Notes under the pieces: model-generated
What the model saw: the letters and a program-made list of their open reading frames with translations, nothing else
Told to the model about the DNA's origin: nothing
Databases searched by the model: none
Origin: Spirochaetia bacterium
GTDB lineage: Bacteria > Spirochaetota > Spirochaetia > DSM-2461
Reading direction: 5' to 3'
Assembly (NCBI GenBank): GCA_963668315.1
Contig: OY764216.1
Coordinates: forward strand, 2,784,001 to 2,848,000
Length of the DNA: 64,000 nt
Program-made: the position numbers and the translations under genes
Shown: positions 29,525-38,291 of the stretch, in pieces
How positions within the stretch are numbered: position 1 is the first letter of the stretch
Layout of the letters: every line of letters starts with the position of its first letter

Positions 29525-30637
29525 ATGATTACGTTGGAAGATAAGGATGTTTTGATTGTAGATGATACGGAGAGTAATCTGGACATGCTCATGTATGCCC
29601 TGCAGGACTCCTATCGAATCAGCGTCGCCCTGGATGCCGAATCGGCCTTTGATATTCTGGAAAATACTGTTCCCGATCTAATCCTCCTCGATGTCGTCAT
29701 GCCGGGAATGAGCGGCTTCGATATGTGCCGGTTACTGAAGAATAACCCCCGCTACAGTGATATTCCCATTATCTTCCTGACCGTTATGGATCAGCTCGCC
29801 GATAAAACGAAGGGGTTCGAGCTGGGAGCTGTTGACTACATAACCAAGCCCTTTGAGATTCCCGAGGTAAAAGCAAGGGTGAGAAGTCAGCTTCTGCTTC
29901 ACGAAGCCACGGGGCAGTTAGCCAGGCAGAATGAACTCCTGGAGGAGAAGGTGAGGGAGCGGACCCGTGAACTGGAAGACACGCAGGACATAACCATAAA
30001 CAGCCTGGCCTTTCTGGCCGAGATAAGGGATAACGAGACGGGCAGTCATATCAGGAGAACGAGAAACTATATCCAGGCGCTTATTGAGGAACTGACGGGC
30101 AAGGGGCATTTCAGGGAGATTCTGACGGAGCAGAGAAAAGGACTTATGGTCAAATCCGCCACCCTCCACGACATCGGCAAAGTGGGGATTCCCGATCGTA
30201 TCCTCATGAAGCCGGGACAGCTGACAAACGAGGAATTCGATTTTATGAAAAAGCATACCGAATTGGGGAAGGAGGCTCTGGTGAAGTCGAACCGGGGCAT
30301 GGGAAACTGCTGTTTTCTGTCCCATGCTATTAAATTCGCCTATTCCCACCATGAGAAATGGGACGGCTCCGGCTACCCCTGCGGATTTGCCGGTGAGGAT
30401 ATCCCCCTGGAAGGACGGCTTATGGCCATTGCCGATGTGTATGATGCCCTGATCTCCACCCGGATTTATAAACCGCCCTTTTCCCATTCAAAGGCCTGCG
30501 CCATTATCAAGGAGAGCTGCGGGACCCATTTCGATCCTCTGATGGTCCAAACCTTTGAAGCGGTTAATAATCAGTTCCGACACATAGCGGAACAGTTCTG
30601 CGACAGTGAGAAGGAGTGGATAGCACTCCAGGAATAA
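29525..30637 (+). CDS. REC-HD-GYP cyclic-di-GMP phosphodiesterase (RpfG-like)
   Basis: Receiver LIVDD...LLDVVMP...KPF; ETGSHIRR, LHDIGKVGIPD, HHEKWDGSGYP, ADVYDAL. Confidence 0.92.
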   Translation: MITLEDKDVLIVDDTESNLDMLMYALQDSYRISVALDAESAFDILENTVPDLILLDVVMPGMSGFDMCRLLKNNPRYSDIPIIFLTVMDQLADKTKGFELGAVDYITKPFEIPEVKARVRSQLLLHEATGQLARQNELLEEKVRERTRELEDTQDITINSLAFLAEIRDNETGSHIRRTRNYIQALIEELTGKGHFREILTEQRKGLMVKSATLHDIGKVGIPDRILMKPGQLTNEEFDFMKKHTELGKEALVKSNRGMGNCCFLSHAIKFAYSHHEKWDGSGYPCGFAGEDIPLEGRLMAIADVYDALISTRIYKPPFSHSKACAIIKESCGTHFDPLMVQTFEAVNNQFRHIAEQFCDSEKEWIALQE

Positions 30638-30667
30638 AACCGGAGAGATCCGGCGGGATCCGCTAGA

Positions 30668-30841
30668 TCAGCGGTTAATGATGATTTTGCCCTCTTCGTG
30701 AGGAGCAACCTCGCGGTAAGAGCTGTCATTCAGATATCGGCATACCCCGAGAACAATTCTTCTGGTTTTTTGACTGAGATCCCTGTTGACCAGGACTCTT
30801 TTCAGATAAAGAAGATCCTTTCGTTTAAATGTTCTTGTCAT
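30668..30841 (-). CDS. Small basic hypothetical protein, 57 aa (not in ORF track)
   Basis: MTRTFKRKDLLYLKRVLVNRDLSQKTRRIVLGVCRYLNDSSYREVAPHEEGKIIINR; RBS AGGAG just upstream; fills an otherwise empty 400-bp gap. Confidence 0.55.
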   Translation of the reverse strand: MTRTFKRKDLLYLKRVLVNRDLSQKTRRIVLGVCRYLNDSSYREVAPHEEGKIIINR

Positions 30842-31038
30842 TGCTCTCTCCTGGCAAAAATGGGGAATGGAACGGTCATCCTTTTACAAACGAACACGCC
30901 CTCTTTCCTATCTCTTATCTGCTTCCCCCCGGATATGATAAAACAGACCCGGTTTTTCCTCTTACCGGAACATCCCCTTTTTATCATAATATAGGACAAT
31001 GTCTAGAGAAAAACTCAGTAAACGTATATAATCTTTTT

Positions 31039-31758
31039 CTATGGGGCGTCCGGAAGGGGAATGTATCTGTATCCCCTTCCGTGGACTGTAATTATATATC
31101 GAGGCAATCGGGAATTATTTTCCACTTTCCGCCTGAGTTTGGCTATGTGCTGGTCCAGAGTCCTCGTTGTTCCCCCGTATTCCACACCCCAGAGATCTTC
31201 CAGCAGTTTATCCCGGGACAGGGCTTCTCCGGGATGGGATGCGAAATAGAAAAGGAGGGCGACTTCCCTTTCGGTCAGTTCTTCCTCCCTCTCCTCTGCA
31301 TGGAAGCGGAGTGTCCGGGGATTGACAGCCCCTCCTGCGAAGGGAAATTCATCCCGGGGCAGCCATCCCGTACTTTCTTCCTTTTCTTCGGTCGGCATGG
31401 TTCGCCGCAGCACGGATTTTATCCGCGCCAGAAGCTCACGAACCCCGAATGGTTTGACGATATAATCGTCGGCTCCCATCTCCAGTCCCACAACCTTGTC
31501 TATCTCCTCCTCCCGGGCTGAGAGGAAGATCACCGGTACACGGCTGTCGCATCGGCGGATTTCCCGGCATACTTCATAGCCGCTCATCCCGGGCATCATA
31601 ATATCCAGCAGAGCCAGATCGGCTCCCTTTTCCCTGAAAAGACTCAGGGCGGAACGACCGTCGGGTGCTGCGATCGTCCCATACCCCTCGTCATTCAGAA
31701 GGTCTATCAGACCTTCCCTTATGGGTTCTTCGTCTTCCGCTATGAGAATGCGTATCAT
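31039..31758 (-). CDS. OmpR-family response regulator
   Basis: ILIAEDE, LLDIMMP, GADDYIVKPF, winged helix RTLDQHIAKLRRK, TVHGRGY. The start overlaps the kinase stop. Confidence 0.93.
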   Translation of the reverse strand: MIRILIAEDEEPIREGLIDLLNDEGYGTIAAPDGRSALSLFREKGADLALLDIMMPGMSGYEVCREIRRCDSRVPVIFLSAREEEIDKVVGLEMGADDYIVKPFGVRELLARIKSVLRRTMPTEEKEESTGWLPRDEFPFAGGAVNPRTLRFHAEEREEELTEREVALLFYFASHPGEALSRDKLLEDLWGVEYGGTTRTLDQHIAKLRRKVENNSRLPRYIITVHGRGYRYIPLPDAP

Positions 31759-33785
31759 ACAATATCTCCCGATTCCGCAGCTGGGGGAAAGGACAGGGTA
31801 AAGCGGCTGCCGCGCCGGTAGTTTGTTCTGTCCCGGGGGGTGCATGTCAGGCGGCCCCCGTGGTTCTTCATGATATGGGCGGCGATGGCAAGACCCAGTC
31901 CGGTCCCTTTATAGCGGGAGGTGATGGACGTGTCCACCCGGTAGAATTCCCGGAAAATCTTCCTGCGGAATGGACGGGGAATGCCGATGCCCCTGTCCGC
32001 AACGGAGAGGGTGATTTCCCTGTCCGCCCTGTTTGTTTCAATGAGTATCTCTTTCCGGGCTTCCGAATACTTGCGGGCATTGGAAAGGAGGTTCAGTATA
32101 ACCTGAATAACAGCTTCCCTGTCGGCGAAGACGGGAAGGGGGACATCCACGGGACGGAAATCCAGGATGAAGCCGTCCTTTTCATACTCTTCCCGTATCT
32201 CTTCCACCAGTTCACCGGCCAGGCAATTCAAATCGATGGTCTCACGGTTCAGTTTTTTGGAACCCCTGTCCCATTTGGAGAAATCCAGCACATTACCGAT
32301 CAGCCGGGTAAGCCTCTGACTCTCTCTGGCTATATATCCGGCATATTTCCTTACTCTTTCCGGATCGTCTTGCTGTCCCTGGGCAAGCATTTCCGAGTAG
32401 AGGCGGATGGATGTGAGGGGGGTTTTAAGTTCATGGGTAACATTCGTCACAAAGCCGACCCGCTTCTGCACCTCGTTCATCTGCCTGGAGGAGAGGCGGA
32501 ATACGGCGATCATGACCACAGCGAGCATAGCCGACAAGGCGGTTATCAGGAAAGTAAGAAAATGACGCGTCCTGTCAAGTTCCTTCTGGAAGGCTTCCGG
32601 ATCGTTAAGTATGATGGCCGTTTCCCAGTAGGGAAGCCAGCGGCTTATCTCTTTGGCGACGAAGGGCCGGCGCCACAGGTCCCGCGTTTTCCCCTCAAAA
32701 GGAATAAGCGGTTCTCCCCCGCTGTCCAGTATATTCAGGTACCGGATTCCATTGGCGGGAGATGCCACCGCCTGAACCAGCCGATCTTTTACTCTCTCCA
32801 TGGAGAGTTCGCATCCTACAATGAGATCGCCCTGTCTGGCCCAGAAGAGAAGTATGAAGCTGCTGTCAAAAAGCCGGGGAATGATCCCGTATTCCGATGA
32901 ACTGACGATTTCCTGAAAATACCGGGTCGATTCCATATAAACCGAGCGCACGACGGTCTGTGTCTCTTCCTGCCGGGGATCGGCGTTAAGCTGGGGAAGG
33001 ACATTTCTTTCCAGATACTGCTGCCCCTCCTCTTCGGCCATGCGGTAGACCTTCTCCTGGACTGTCGGGTCCGATTCAAAAAGCCCTTCGATTTTTTTCG
33101 AACGGAGGGAGGGGAATTCATCGGCAGAGGAGAGGTTATCGGATAGAAGAGCTTCCGGGGCGATTTGATCGGACGATTCGGAAAGGGGAGCTTCCGGGGC
33201 GTATTCCTCCTCCGAGTCGGACGGGATCGGCATGGAGAAGGATTCCATGGCGCTTTGGGGAGCCATGGCCGGCATATCGGGCTCTTCCTCCGCTTCGGGA
33301 AGCGGCTCTTCACTCAGAATCTCGCTGCCGTACTCTTCGGCTATGCTCTGATATACCGGTATGGTTTCACGTCCGGCGAAGAAATTCAGGTAGCGCCAAT
33401 AGAAAAGATTCGCCCCGTCGGAACCGTCAAGTTCGGGATACAGGATATCCCCCGTTTCGTTCAAGGTAAAAACCGTTCCGGCCAGGGGCTGATTCTTTTT
33501 CCACTCTTCCGCCCAGAGGGCAGGGGAGACGGCCGGACTTGTTTCGGGCAGAGAACGGAAAAGCTCTTCCACCAGATCATCAAGGTAAAACTCAATCCGG
33601 CCGTTCGTCTGGTCAATTTCCAGAAGAAGACTGTCTTCCAGGCGGCGTCTCTGTATGATCTCCTCCTGGTTGACCGCCCCGAAGGCGAAATAGGCTAAAA
33701 TAAAGGCGGGAATAAGAATCAGAGGAAAGAGGAAGGCTAATACCGTTTGTCCCTGTCGGCCTGTCATTCCCTTCATTTTAGCCAT
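31755..33785 (-). CDS. Membrane sensor histidine kinase
   Basis: Two TM segments; H-box VTHELKTPLTSI, NLLSNARKYS, DRGIG, GTGLGL; acidic low-complexity stretch in the extracytoplasmic domain. Confidence 0.92.
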   Translation of the reverse strand: MAKMKGMTGRQGQTVLAFLFPLILIPAFILAYFAFGAVNQEEIIQRRRLEDSLLLEIDQTNGRIEFYLDDLVEELFRSLPETSPAVSPALWAEEWKKNQPLAGTVFTLNETGDILYPELDGSDGANLFYWRYLNFFAGRETIPVYQSIAEEYGSEILSEEPLPEAEEEPDMPAMAPQSAMESFSMPIPSDSEEEYAPEAPLSESSDQIAPEALLSDNLSSADEFPSLRSKKIEGLFESDPTVQEKVYRMAEEEGQQYLERNVLPQLNADPRQEETQTVVRSVYMESTRYFQEIVSSSEYGIIPRLFDSSFILLFWARQGDLIVGCELSMERVKDRLVQAVASPANGIRYLNILDSGGEPLIPFEGKTRDLWRRPFVAKEISRWLPYWETAIILNDPEAFQKELDRTRHFLTFLITALSAMLAVVMIAVFRLSSRQMNEVQKRVGFVTNVTHELKTPLTSIRLYSEMLAQGQQDDPERVRKYAGYIARESQRLTRLIGNVLDFSKWDRGSKKLNRETIDLNCLAGELVEEIREEYEKDGFILDFRPVDVPLPVFADREAVIQVILNLLSNARKYSEARKEILIETNRADREITLSVADRGIGIPRPFRRKIFREFYRVDTSITSRYKGTGLGLAIAAHIMKNHGGRLTCTPRDRTNYRRGSRFTLSFPPAAESGDIV

Positions 33786-33794
33786 TTCCTTCTC

Positions 33795-34928
33795 TTATTC
33801 AAGGCTGAAACCTTTTTCTTCCGCCGAATTTCTTATGGCATCAATGATAGCCGAATCCAGGGTGGACTCGTCGTTTTCCTGCAGAAGGGCCTGCTGCTCG
33901 ATGATATAAGCCTCCCTTTCAGTGCTCAATCTGCCTATCTCCTCCTGAAGGGCCGCCCGTTTCCGCTGCATTTCCGTGAGGTAAGCCTCCCTCTCCTCAT
34001 TATTCATATTTCTCATCTCCTCGGGCAATTCCGCCGGCATGACCTGGGACAGGACTTCCTCCGACTCACTGTAGGCGTCCACCAGATCCCAGTCGGCATT
34101 GCTGTAGCTTTCGGAAGATTTCACCTTGGCCCTTTCCAGAAAACTGCCCCTGTCCATCATCATGGCATTGGCATCTTGGGCTTCCTGCCTCTCCTTTTTC
34201 TCATAACCCGATGACCCATAGCCCAGATAGGTTTCATTCAGAAGCCGGTTCAGCTCCTCAAGTCGGTCATCCTGGGGAGAACGGATATAGCGGGAGACGT
34301 AATCGCTGTTTATATTCATAAATGCTCCTCCGCCCAGAAAAGCTCCCTCTTCCCAGAAGGTGCGCCGTCCTTCTTCGGCATCTCCGCAGAATATGGTATT
34401 AACGGTAATGTCCTTACGTGAGGAAAGGCGCAGCGCCCGGGTAAAATCTACCGGTCCCTGGTTGAAAGGCTCATTCCCCGCGATAAACATGAGACGCAGG
34501 GTTTCGGGGCGGTTATCCCAGTCCAGTTCTCCGGTGGCGGCCGCAATAACATTCCCGCAGTATTCGCTTCCCCCGTTAGTCGTGAGGGAAAACAGAACCT
34601 GGGAGAGATAGTCCAGATCCGAAGTGAAGGGAACAACCTGCCGGATGTAGCCGTCAAGAACGGATAGGCCGTCATTGCCGTATTCGTAGAGTCCTACTTC
34701 AAGGCGTGGCTGTTCTCCCCGTCTCCTTTCACGGGCCGTATGGGAAACGATTTTCCATAGCTGGCTTTTCGCCTGGTTGATTAGGCCGTCCATGCTGTTC
34801 GAAGTGTCCAGAAGGAGGGCCACCTGGATAAGGGGGGTATTCCCGGGGTAACCGTCATAGGGCGATACCTGGGCGCTCAGGGCGGCTGCGGTCAGGGTTA
34901 TCCATAAAATAAAGCTGGTCTTTTTCAT
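33795..34928 (-). CDS. Secreted von Willebrand factor A domain protein
   Basis: Signal peptide; MIDAS LLLDTSNSM; GGSEYCG, IAGNEPF; helical C-terminus. Confidence 0.85.
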   Translation of the reverse strand: MKKTSFILWITLTAAALSAQVSPYDGYPGNTPLIQVALLLDTSNSMDGLINQAKSQLWKIVSHTARERRRGEQPRLEVGLYEYGNDGLSVLDGYIRQVVPFTSDLDYLSQVLFSLTTNGGSEYCGNVIAAATGELDWDNRPETLRLMFIAGNEPFNQGPVDFTRALRLSSRKDITVNTIFCGDAEEGRRTFWEEGAFLGGGAFMNINSDYVSRYIRSPQDDRLEELNRLLNETYLGYGSSGYEKKERQEAQDANAMMMDRGSFLERAKVKSSESYSNADWDLVDAYSESEEVLSQVMPAELPEEMRNMNNEEREAYLTEMQRKRAALQEEIGRLSTEREAYIIEQQALLQENDESTLDSAIIDAIRNSAEEKGFSLE

Positions 34929-34983
34929 TTTTTCACCTCTCTTTGTGATCTGTTCATAGTGTATTACCCTTCCAGTCCGGGGT

Positions 34984-35029
34984 TGTCAGAGAGATGTAAA
35001 GAGTTGTAAAAAAAATGTAAAAGTGTGAA
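34984..35029. promoter_or_regulatory. Tandem direct repeats, putative OmpR/CpxR-type binding site
   Basis: TGTCAG (34984), TGTAAA (34995, 35005, 35016) at 10-11 bp spacing, including an exact GTAAA-N5-GTAAA, upstream of the VWA-HK-RR operon. Confidence 0.55.
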
Positions 35030-35167
35030 AAAAGTGAATAAAAATGTGTTTTATGTGAAGATAGTACTTGATCATGTTTTCCAAAAATGGTATTTATTAG
35101 TGTATAAACAAAAGATGCATTTAAATATGATCTAAAAAAGTCATTTTATGACGAAAAGTATAAAGAC

Positions 35168-35192
35168 AGCTCCCGTGAGGGAGCTTTTTTTT
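35168..35192 (+). terminator. Intrinsic terminator with no upstream CDS
   Basis: AGCTCCC-GTGA-GGGAGCT running into a T8 tract. Confidence 0.75.
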
Positions 35193-35243
35193 ACATTTAT
35201 CTATAAAATGTTCATATAATCTTCAAATTCCCTATGTCTTTTC

Positions 35244-35273
35244 TTGACAATTATTTGGCCTTCATGATATTTT
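35244..35273 (+). promoter_or_regulatory. sigma70 promoter of the lytic transglycosylase gene
   Basis: TTGACA-N18-TATTTT with an extended -10 TG. Confidence 0.5.
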
Positions 35274-35310
35274 CCCCACTCATTTATATGTAAAAAACGG
35301 GAGAATTTGT

Positions 35311-35928
35311 GTGAACTTTTTTGCTCTGGTCCAGATGGTCCCTTTGTTGTTTTCAACAATGGAGAGCCGGGAGATCGAATGGTCTGACGAGCCGGCATAC
35401 GAAGAAATAATAGGACAGGATGAAATCGAAACTGTCCAGGAGGAAAGGACGGCCGCAGAGCTGTCCGTATCGGCGGTTGAACCTGCCGATTCCTATAACA
35501 TACCGGATAATGTACCATCTGATATTGAAGTTTTACTGTTGAAGTATTCTGTTAAATACGGACTTCCCCTGGATGTTGTTGTCCGACTTTCCGAAGTGGA
35601 AAGCAATCATGGAGAGTATATCCGCAGCGCCCATGCCAATTTTGACGGCTCCTTCGATATAGGAGTACTGGCTTTGAACTCCAACTTCATCGACTATTAT
35701 GCCAAACGTTATTTTGAAGGAAACCCTGAGGATTTTGATCCCTATAATCCGGAACATAACATCCAGACGGGACTGGCCTATCTGGCCCATCTCAACAGCC
35801 TGACCGACGGAGATATAAAAGCGGCGGTTACGGCCTATAACTGCGGCTACCGCTCCATGCTGGCCGGAGATATCCCCAACTCCACCAGGCGTTATGTCCG
35901 TGCCGTCGTGAACGGGGAGAGGCTATAG
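35311..35928 (+). CDS. Lytic transglycosylase (SLT domain)
   Basis: Catalytic VES, DIGVLALN, NIQTGLAYL, AYNCG, TRRYV. Confidence 0.85.
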   Translation: MNFFALVQMVPLLFSTMESREIEWSDEPAYEEIIGQDEIETVQEERTAAELSVSAVEPADSYNIPDNVPSDIEVLLLKYSVKYGLPLDVVVRLSEVESNHGEYIRSAHANFDGSFDIGVLALNSNFIDYYAKRYFEGNPEDFDPYNPEHNIQTGLAYLAHLNSLTDGDIKAAVTAYNCGYRSMLAGDIPNSTRRYVRAVVNGERL

Positions 35929-35943
35929 GCATACCCGTTCCGG

Positions 35944-35972
35944 TTGACGGCGGCCGCCATACGGGCTATAGT
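35944..35972 (+). promoter_or_regulatory. sigma70 promoter of tmk-aroDE
   Basis: TTGACG-N17-TATAGT. Confidence 0.65.
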
Positions 35973-35992
35973 CGTATATCCGGGAGACGGCC

Positions 35993-36673
35993 ATGCTTAT
36001 TGCAATTGACGGAATAGACGGTTCCGGTAAGGGAACCCAGACAAAGCTTTTATATAACTACTTAACTGAAAAGGGACTGAAGGTTGATTTCATTTCCTTT
36101 CCCCAGTACTCCTCTTTTTTCGGATCTATGGTGGGGGAGTATCTTAACGGCAGGTACGGGACGCTGGAACAGGTCAATCCCAAACTGGCCGCTCTGCTTT
36201 TTGCCATGGACCGGAAGGATTTCTTCGATAAAAACCGCCTGGAAGGGGATGTCATTCTCTGCGACCGCTATGTTCCGTCCAATATCGGCCATCAGGCGGG
36301 ACGGGTTCCTTCCGATGAAAGAGATGATTTTGTCCTTTGGCTGGAACAGCTGGAGTTTGAGATAAACCGTATCCCCAGACCGGACCTCTCCATTATTTTT
36401 GACATAGGAGTGGAGAACTCGGCGAAACAGGTCGCCCGGAAGCAGAAACGGGATTATACCGATCTTTCCCACGATATTCACGAGCAGGACAGCTCTTATC
36501 TGAAAGATGTCCGGGACTATTTCCTTTCCCTGGGGGTGAAGGACAGTTACGAACTTATAAACTGTGAGGACGGAAATAGGAATGTCCTGCCCATACCGGT
36601 CATATTCGAAAAAGTGAAAACTCTGGTCGATCCTCTTCTCAAAATCGGGAAAGGAGAGCCGTCATGTCTTTGA
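35993..36673 (+). CDS. tmk: Thymidylate kinase
   Basis: P-loop IDGIDGSGKGTQ, ALLFAMDR, CDRYVPSN, PRPDL. Confidence 0.88.
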   Translation: MLIAIDGIDGSGKGTQTKLLYNYLTEKGLKVDFISFPQYSSFFGSMVGEYLNGRYGTLEQVNPKLAALLFAMDRKDFFDKNRLEGDVILCDRYVPSNIGHQAGRVPSDERDDFVLWLEQLEFEINRIPRPDLSIIFDIGVENSAKQVARKQKRDYTDLSHDIHEQDSSYLKDVRDYFLSLGVKDSYELINCEDGNRNVLPIPVIFEKVKTLVDPLLKIGKGEPSCL

Positions 36674-38160
36674 TTACTCTCTGCCTTACCGGCACGGATC
36701 TTTCCGCCGACAGGGGATATCTGAAATCCTATGAGGGCAGAATCGATCTGGCCGAGCTGCGCCTGGACTGCCTTGATTCGTTAAGAAAGAAAGGAACGGT
36801 GAATACAGATGAGGTGGAAGCCTTTGTCCGTGACTCCTCCGTTCCTCTTATCCTTACAATACGGAGAACAGCCGACGGGGGCTTTTACAGAGGGTCAGAG
36901 AAGGATCGTATAGCCCTTATGGCCGATCTCGTCAGTCTGGGGTTCGCCTATGCCGATCTGGAGGACGATCTGGAGAGCACCCTTTCCGGCCCGGTTGAAA
37001 AACTGGCCCGTTCCTCAGGCGTCAGGATAATTAGGTCCTTTCATGATTTCAGGGGAGTGCCCGAAGACCTTGCCGAAAGGATAAGGCGGAACGGGGAGAA
37101 GGGAGACCTTCCCAAGGGGGCCGTTACCTTTTCCCATTCCAGGGACATGATTCCCTTTCTTGAAGCCTGCCGGAAACTGGAAGGGGTGGAAAAGATTCTC
37201 CTGGCCATGGGAGAGAGGGGATTCTTTACCCGGATACTGACGGAGAAACTCCAGTCATATCTGACTTTTACTTCGCCCGCCGAAGGTGCGGCCGGAGCCT
37301 CGGGTCATCTGGATCCGGATCTTCTTGTTTCCCGTTACCGCTACAGGGAAATCCGGAACGACTGGCCCCTGTTCGGGATAATAGGAAACCCGGTCATTCA
37401 GTCCCGCTCACCGGAGCTGCATAACGGCTGGCTGGAGAAGAGTCGCCTTCCCGGCGTCTATGTGCCTTTTCTCCTCGATGATCTGGCGGATTTCTCCCGG
37501 ATCGACGAACTTCTCGGTTTTCAGGGCTTGTCCGTGACGATTCCCTTTAAGGAGAAGATTATTCCCTTTCTGGACAGCCCTTCCGAAGGGGTACGACGGA
37601 TCGGAGCCTGCAATACTTTTTACAGGAAGGACGGCGCCGTCATGGGAGAAAACAGCGATGCTCCGGGATTTCTTTATCCCCTCCTTGACCGTCTGGGGCT
37701 GGAGAGAGATAGCGAAAGACCTCTCGAAGGAATGAAATGTACTCTCATAGGAGCCGGCGGGGCATCCCGGGGTGTTCTTTTTGCTTTGGTTCAGGCCGGC
37801 GCCAATGTACTGGTCCTGAACCGCACAGTGGAGAAGGCAGATAAACTGGCCGATGAATTCGGTGCCCGGGCCGCCGTTCTGGGACCGGAATCGAAGGAAC
37901 TGATGAGAGAGTATAACCATGTCATCGTCCAGACGACCAGCATGGGAATGGCTCCCATGGAAGAGAGGGATCCGGTGGATTTCTACCATTTCTCAGGCGA
38001 GGAATTTCTTTATGATATTATCTATAAACCCGCCGAAACGGTTCTTATGAAAAGGGCGGCCCGGTCGGGCTGCCGGACTCTGGGCGGCTGGGAAATGCTC
38101 AGGGAACAGGGAAAGGTTCAATTCGAGCTGTTCACGGGGCTGCCTGTCCCTAAAGGGTAA
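36664..38160 (+). CDS. aroDE: Bifunctional type I 3-dehydroquinate dehydratase / shikimate dehydrogenase
   Basis: AELRLD, ILTIR...DGG, IIRSFHDF (AroD); GIIGNPV.QS.SP.LHN, SVTIPFKE, GACNT, GAGGASR, LNRT, DIIYKP (AroE). Confidence 0.9.
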   Translation: MSLITLCLTGTDLSADRGYLKSYEGRIDLAELRLDCLDSLRKKGTVNTDEVEAFVRDSSVPLILTIRRTADGGFYRGSEKDRIALMADLVSLGFAYADLEDDLESTLSGPVEKLARSSGVRIIRSFHDFRGVPEDLAERIRRNGEKGDLPKGAVTFSHSRDMIPFLEACRKLEGVEKILLAMGERGFFTRILTEKLQSYLTFTSPAEGAAGASGHLDPDLLVSRYRYREIRNDWPLFGIIGNPVIQSRSPELHNGWLEKSRLPGVYVPFLLDDLADFSRIDELLGFQGLSVTIPFKEKIIPFLDSPSEGVRRIGACNTFYRKDGAVMGENSDAPGFLYPLLDRLGLERDSERPLEGMKCTLIGAGGASRGVLFALVQAGANVLVLNRTVEKADKLADEFGARAAVLGPESKELMREYNHVIVQTTSMGMAPMEERDPVDFYHFSGEEFLYDIIYKPAETVLMKRAARSGCRTLGGWEMLREQGKVQFELFTGLPVPKG

Positions 38161-38260
38161 ACATCAGCCAGAGGAAAAGGGCTCCCCCGCCGATTACGCA
38201 CACTCCTATGCCCAGGGAGAGAATGGTCAGCAGCACTTCTTTGGTGTTCATCTTGTTCAT
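38150..38260 (-). CDS. Small single-pass membrane protein, 36 aa, leaderless (not in ORF track)
   Basis: MNKMNTKEVLLTILSLGIGVCVIGGGALFLWLMFTL; preceded by TTGACC-N17-TACAAT-N6-ATG (38295-38267). Confidence 0.6.
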   Translation of the reverse strand: MNKMNTKEVLLTILSLGIGVCVIGGGALFLWLMFTL

Positions 38261-38291
38261 AGGCCGATTGTACCCCAAAGGCTTCCGGTGG

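Noticed and set aside
30698..31521. Plus-strand ORFs 30698..30994 and 30829..31521
   Set aside because: No RBS or motifs; they overlap the response regulator and the better-supported minus-strand small ORF.
36664..38160. AroD-AroE fusion as a novelty
   Set aside because: This bifunctional architecture is already known from plants and several bacterial groups.
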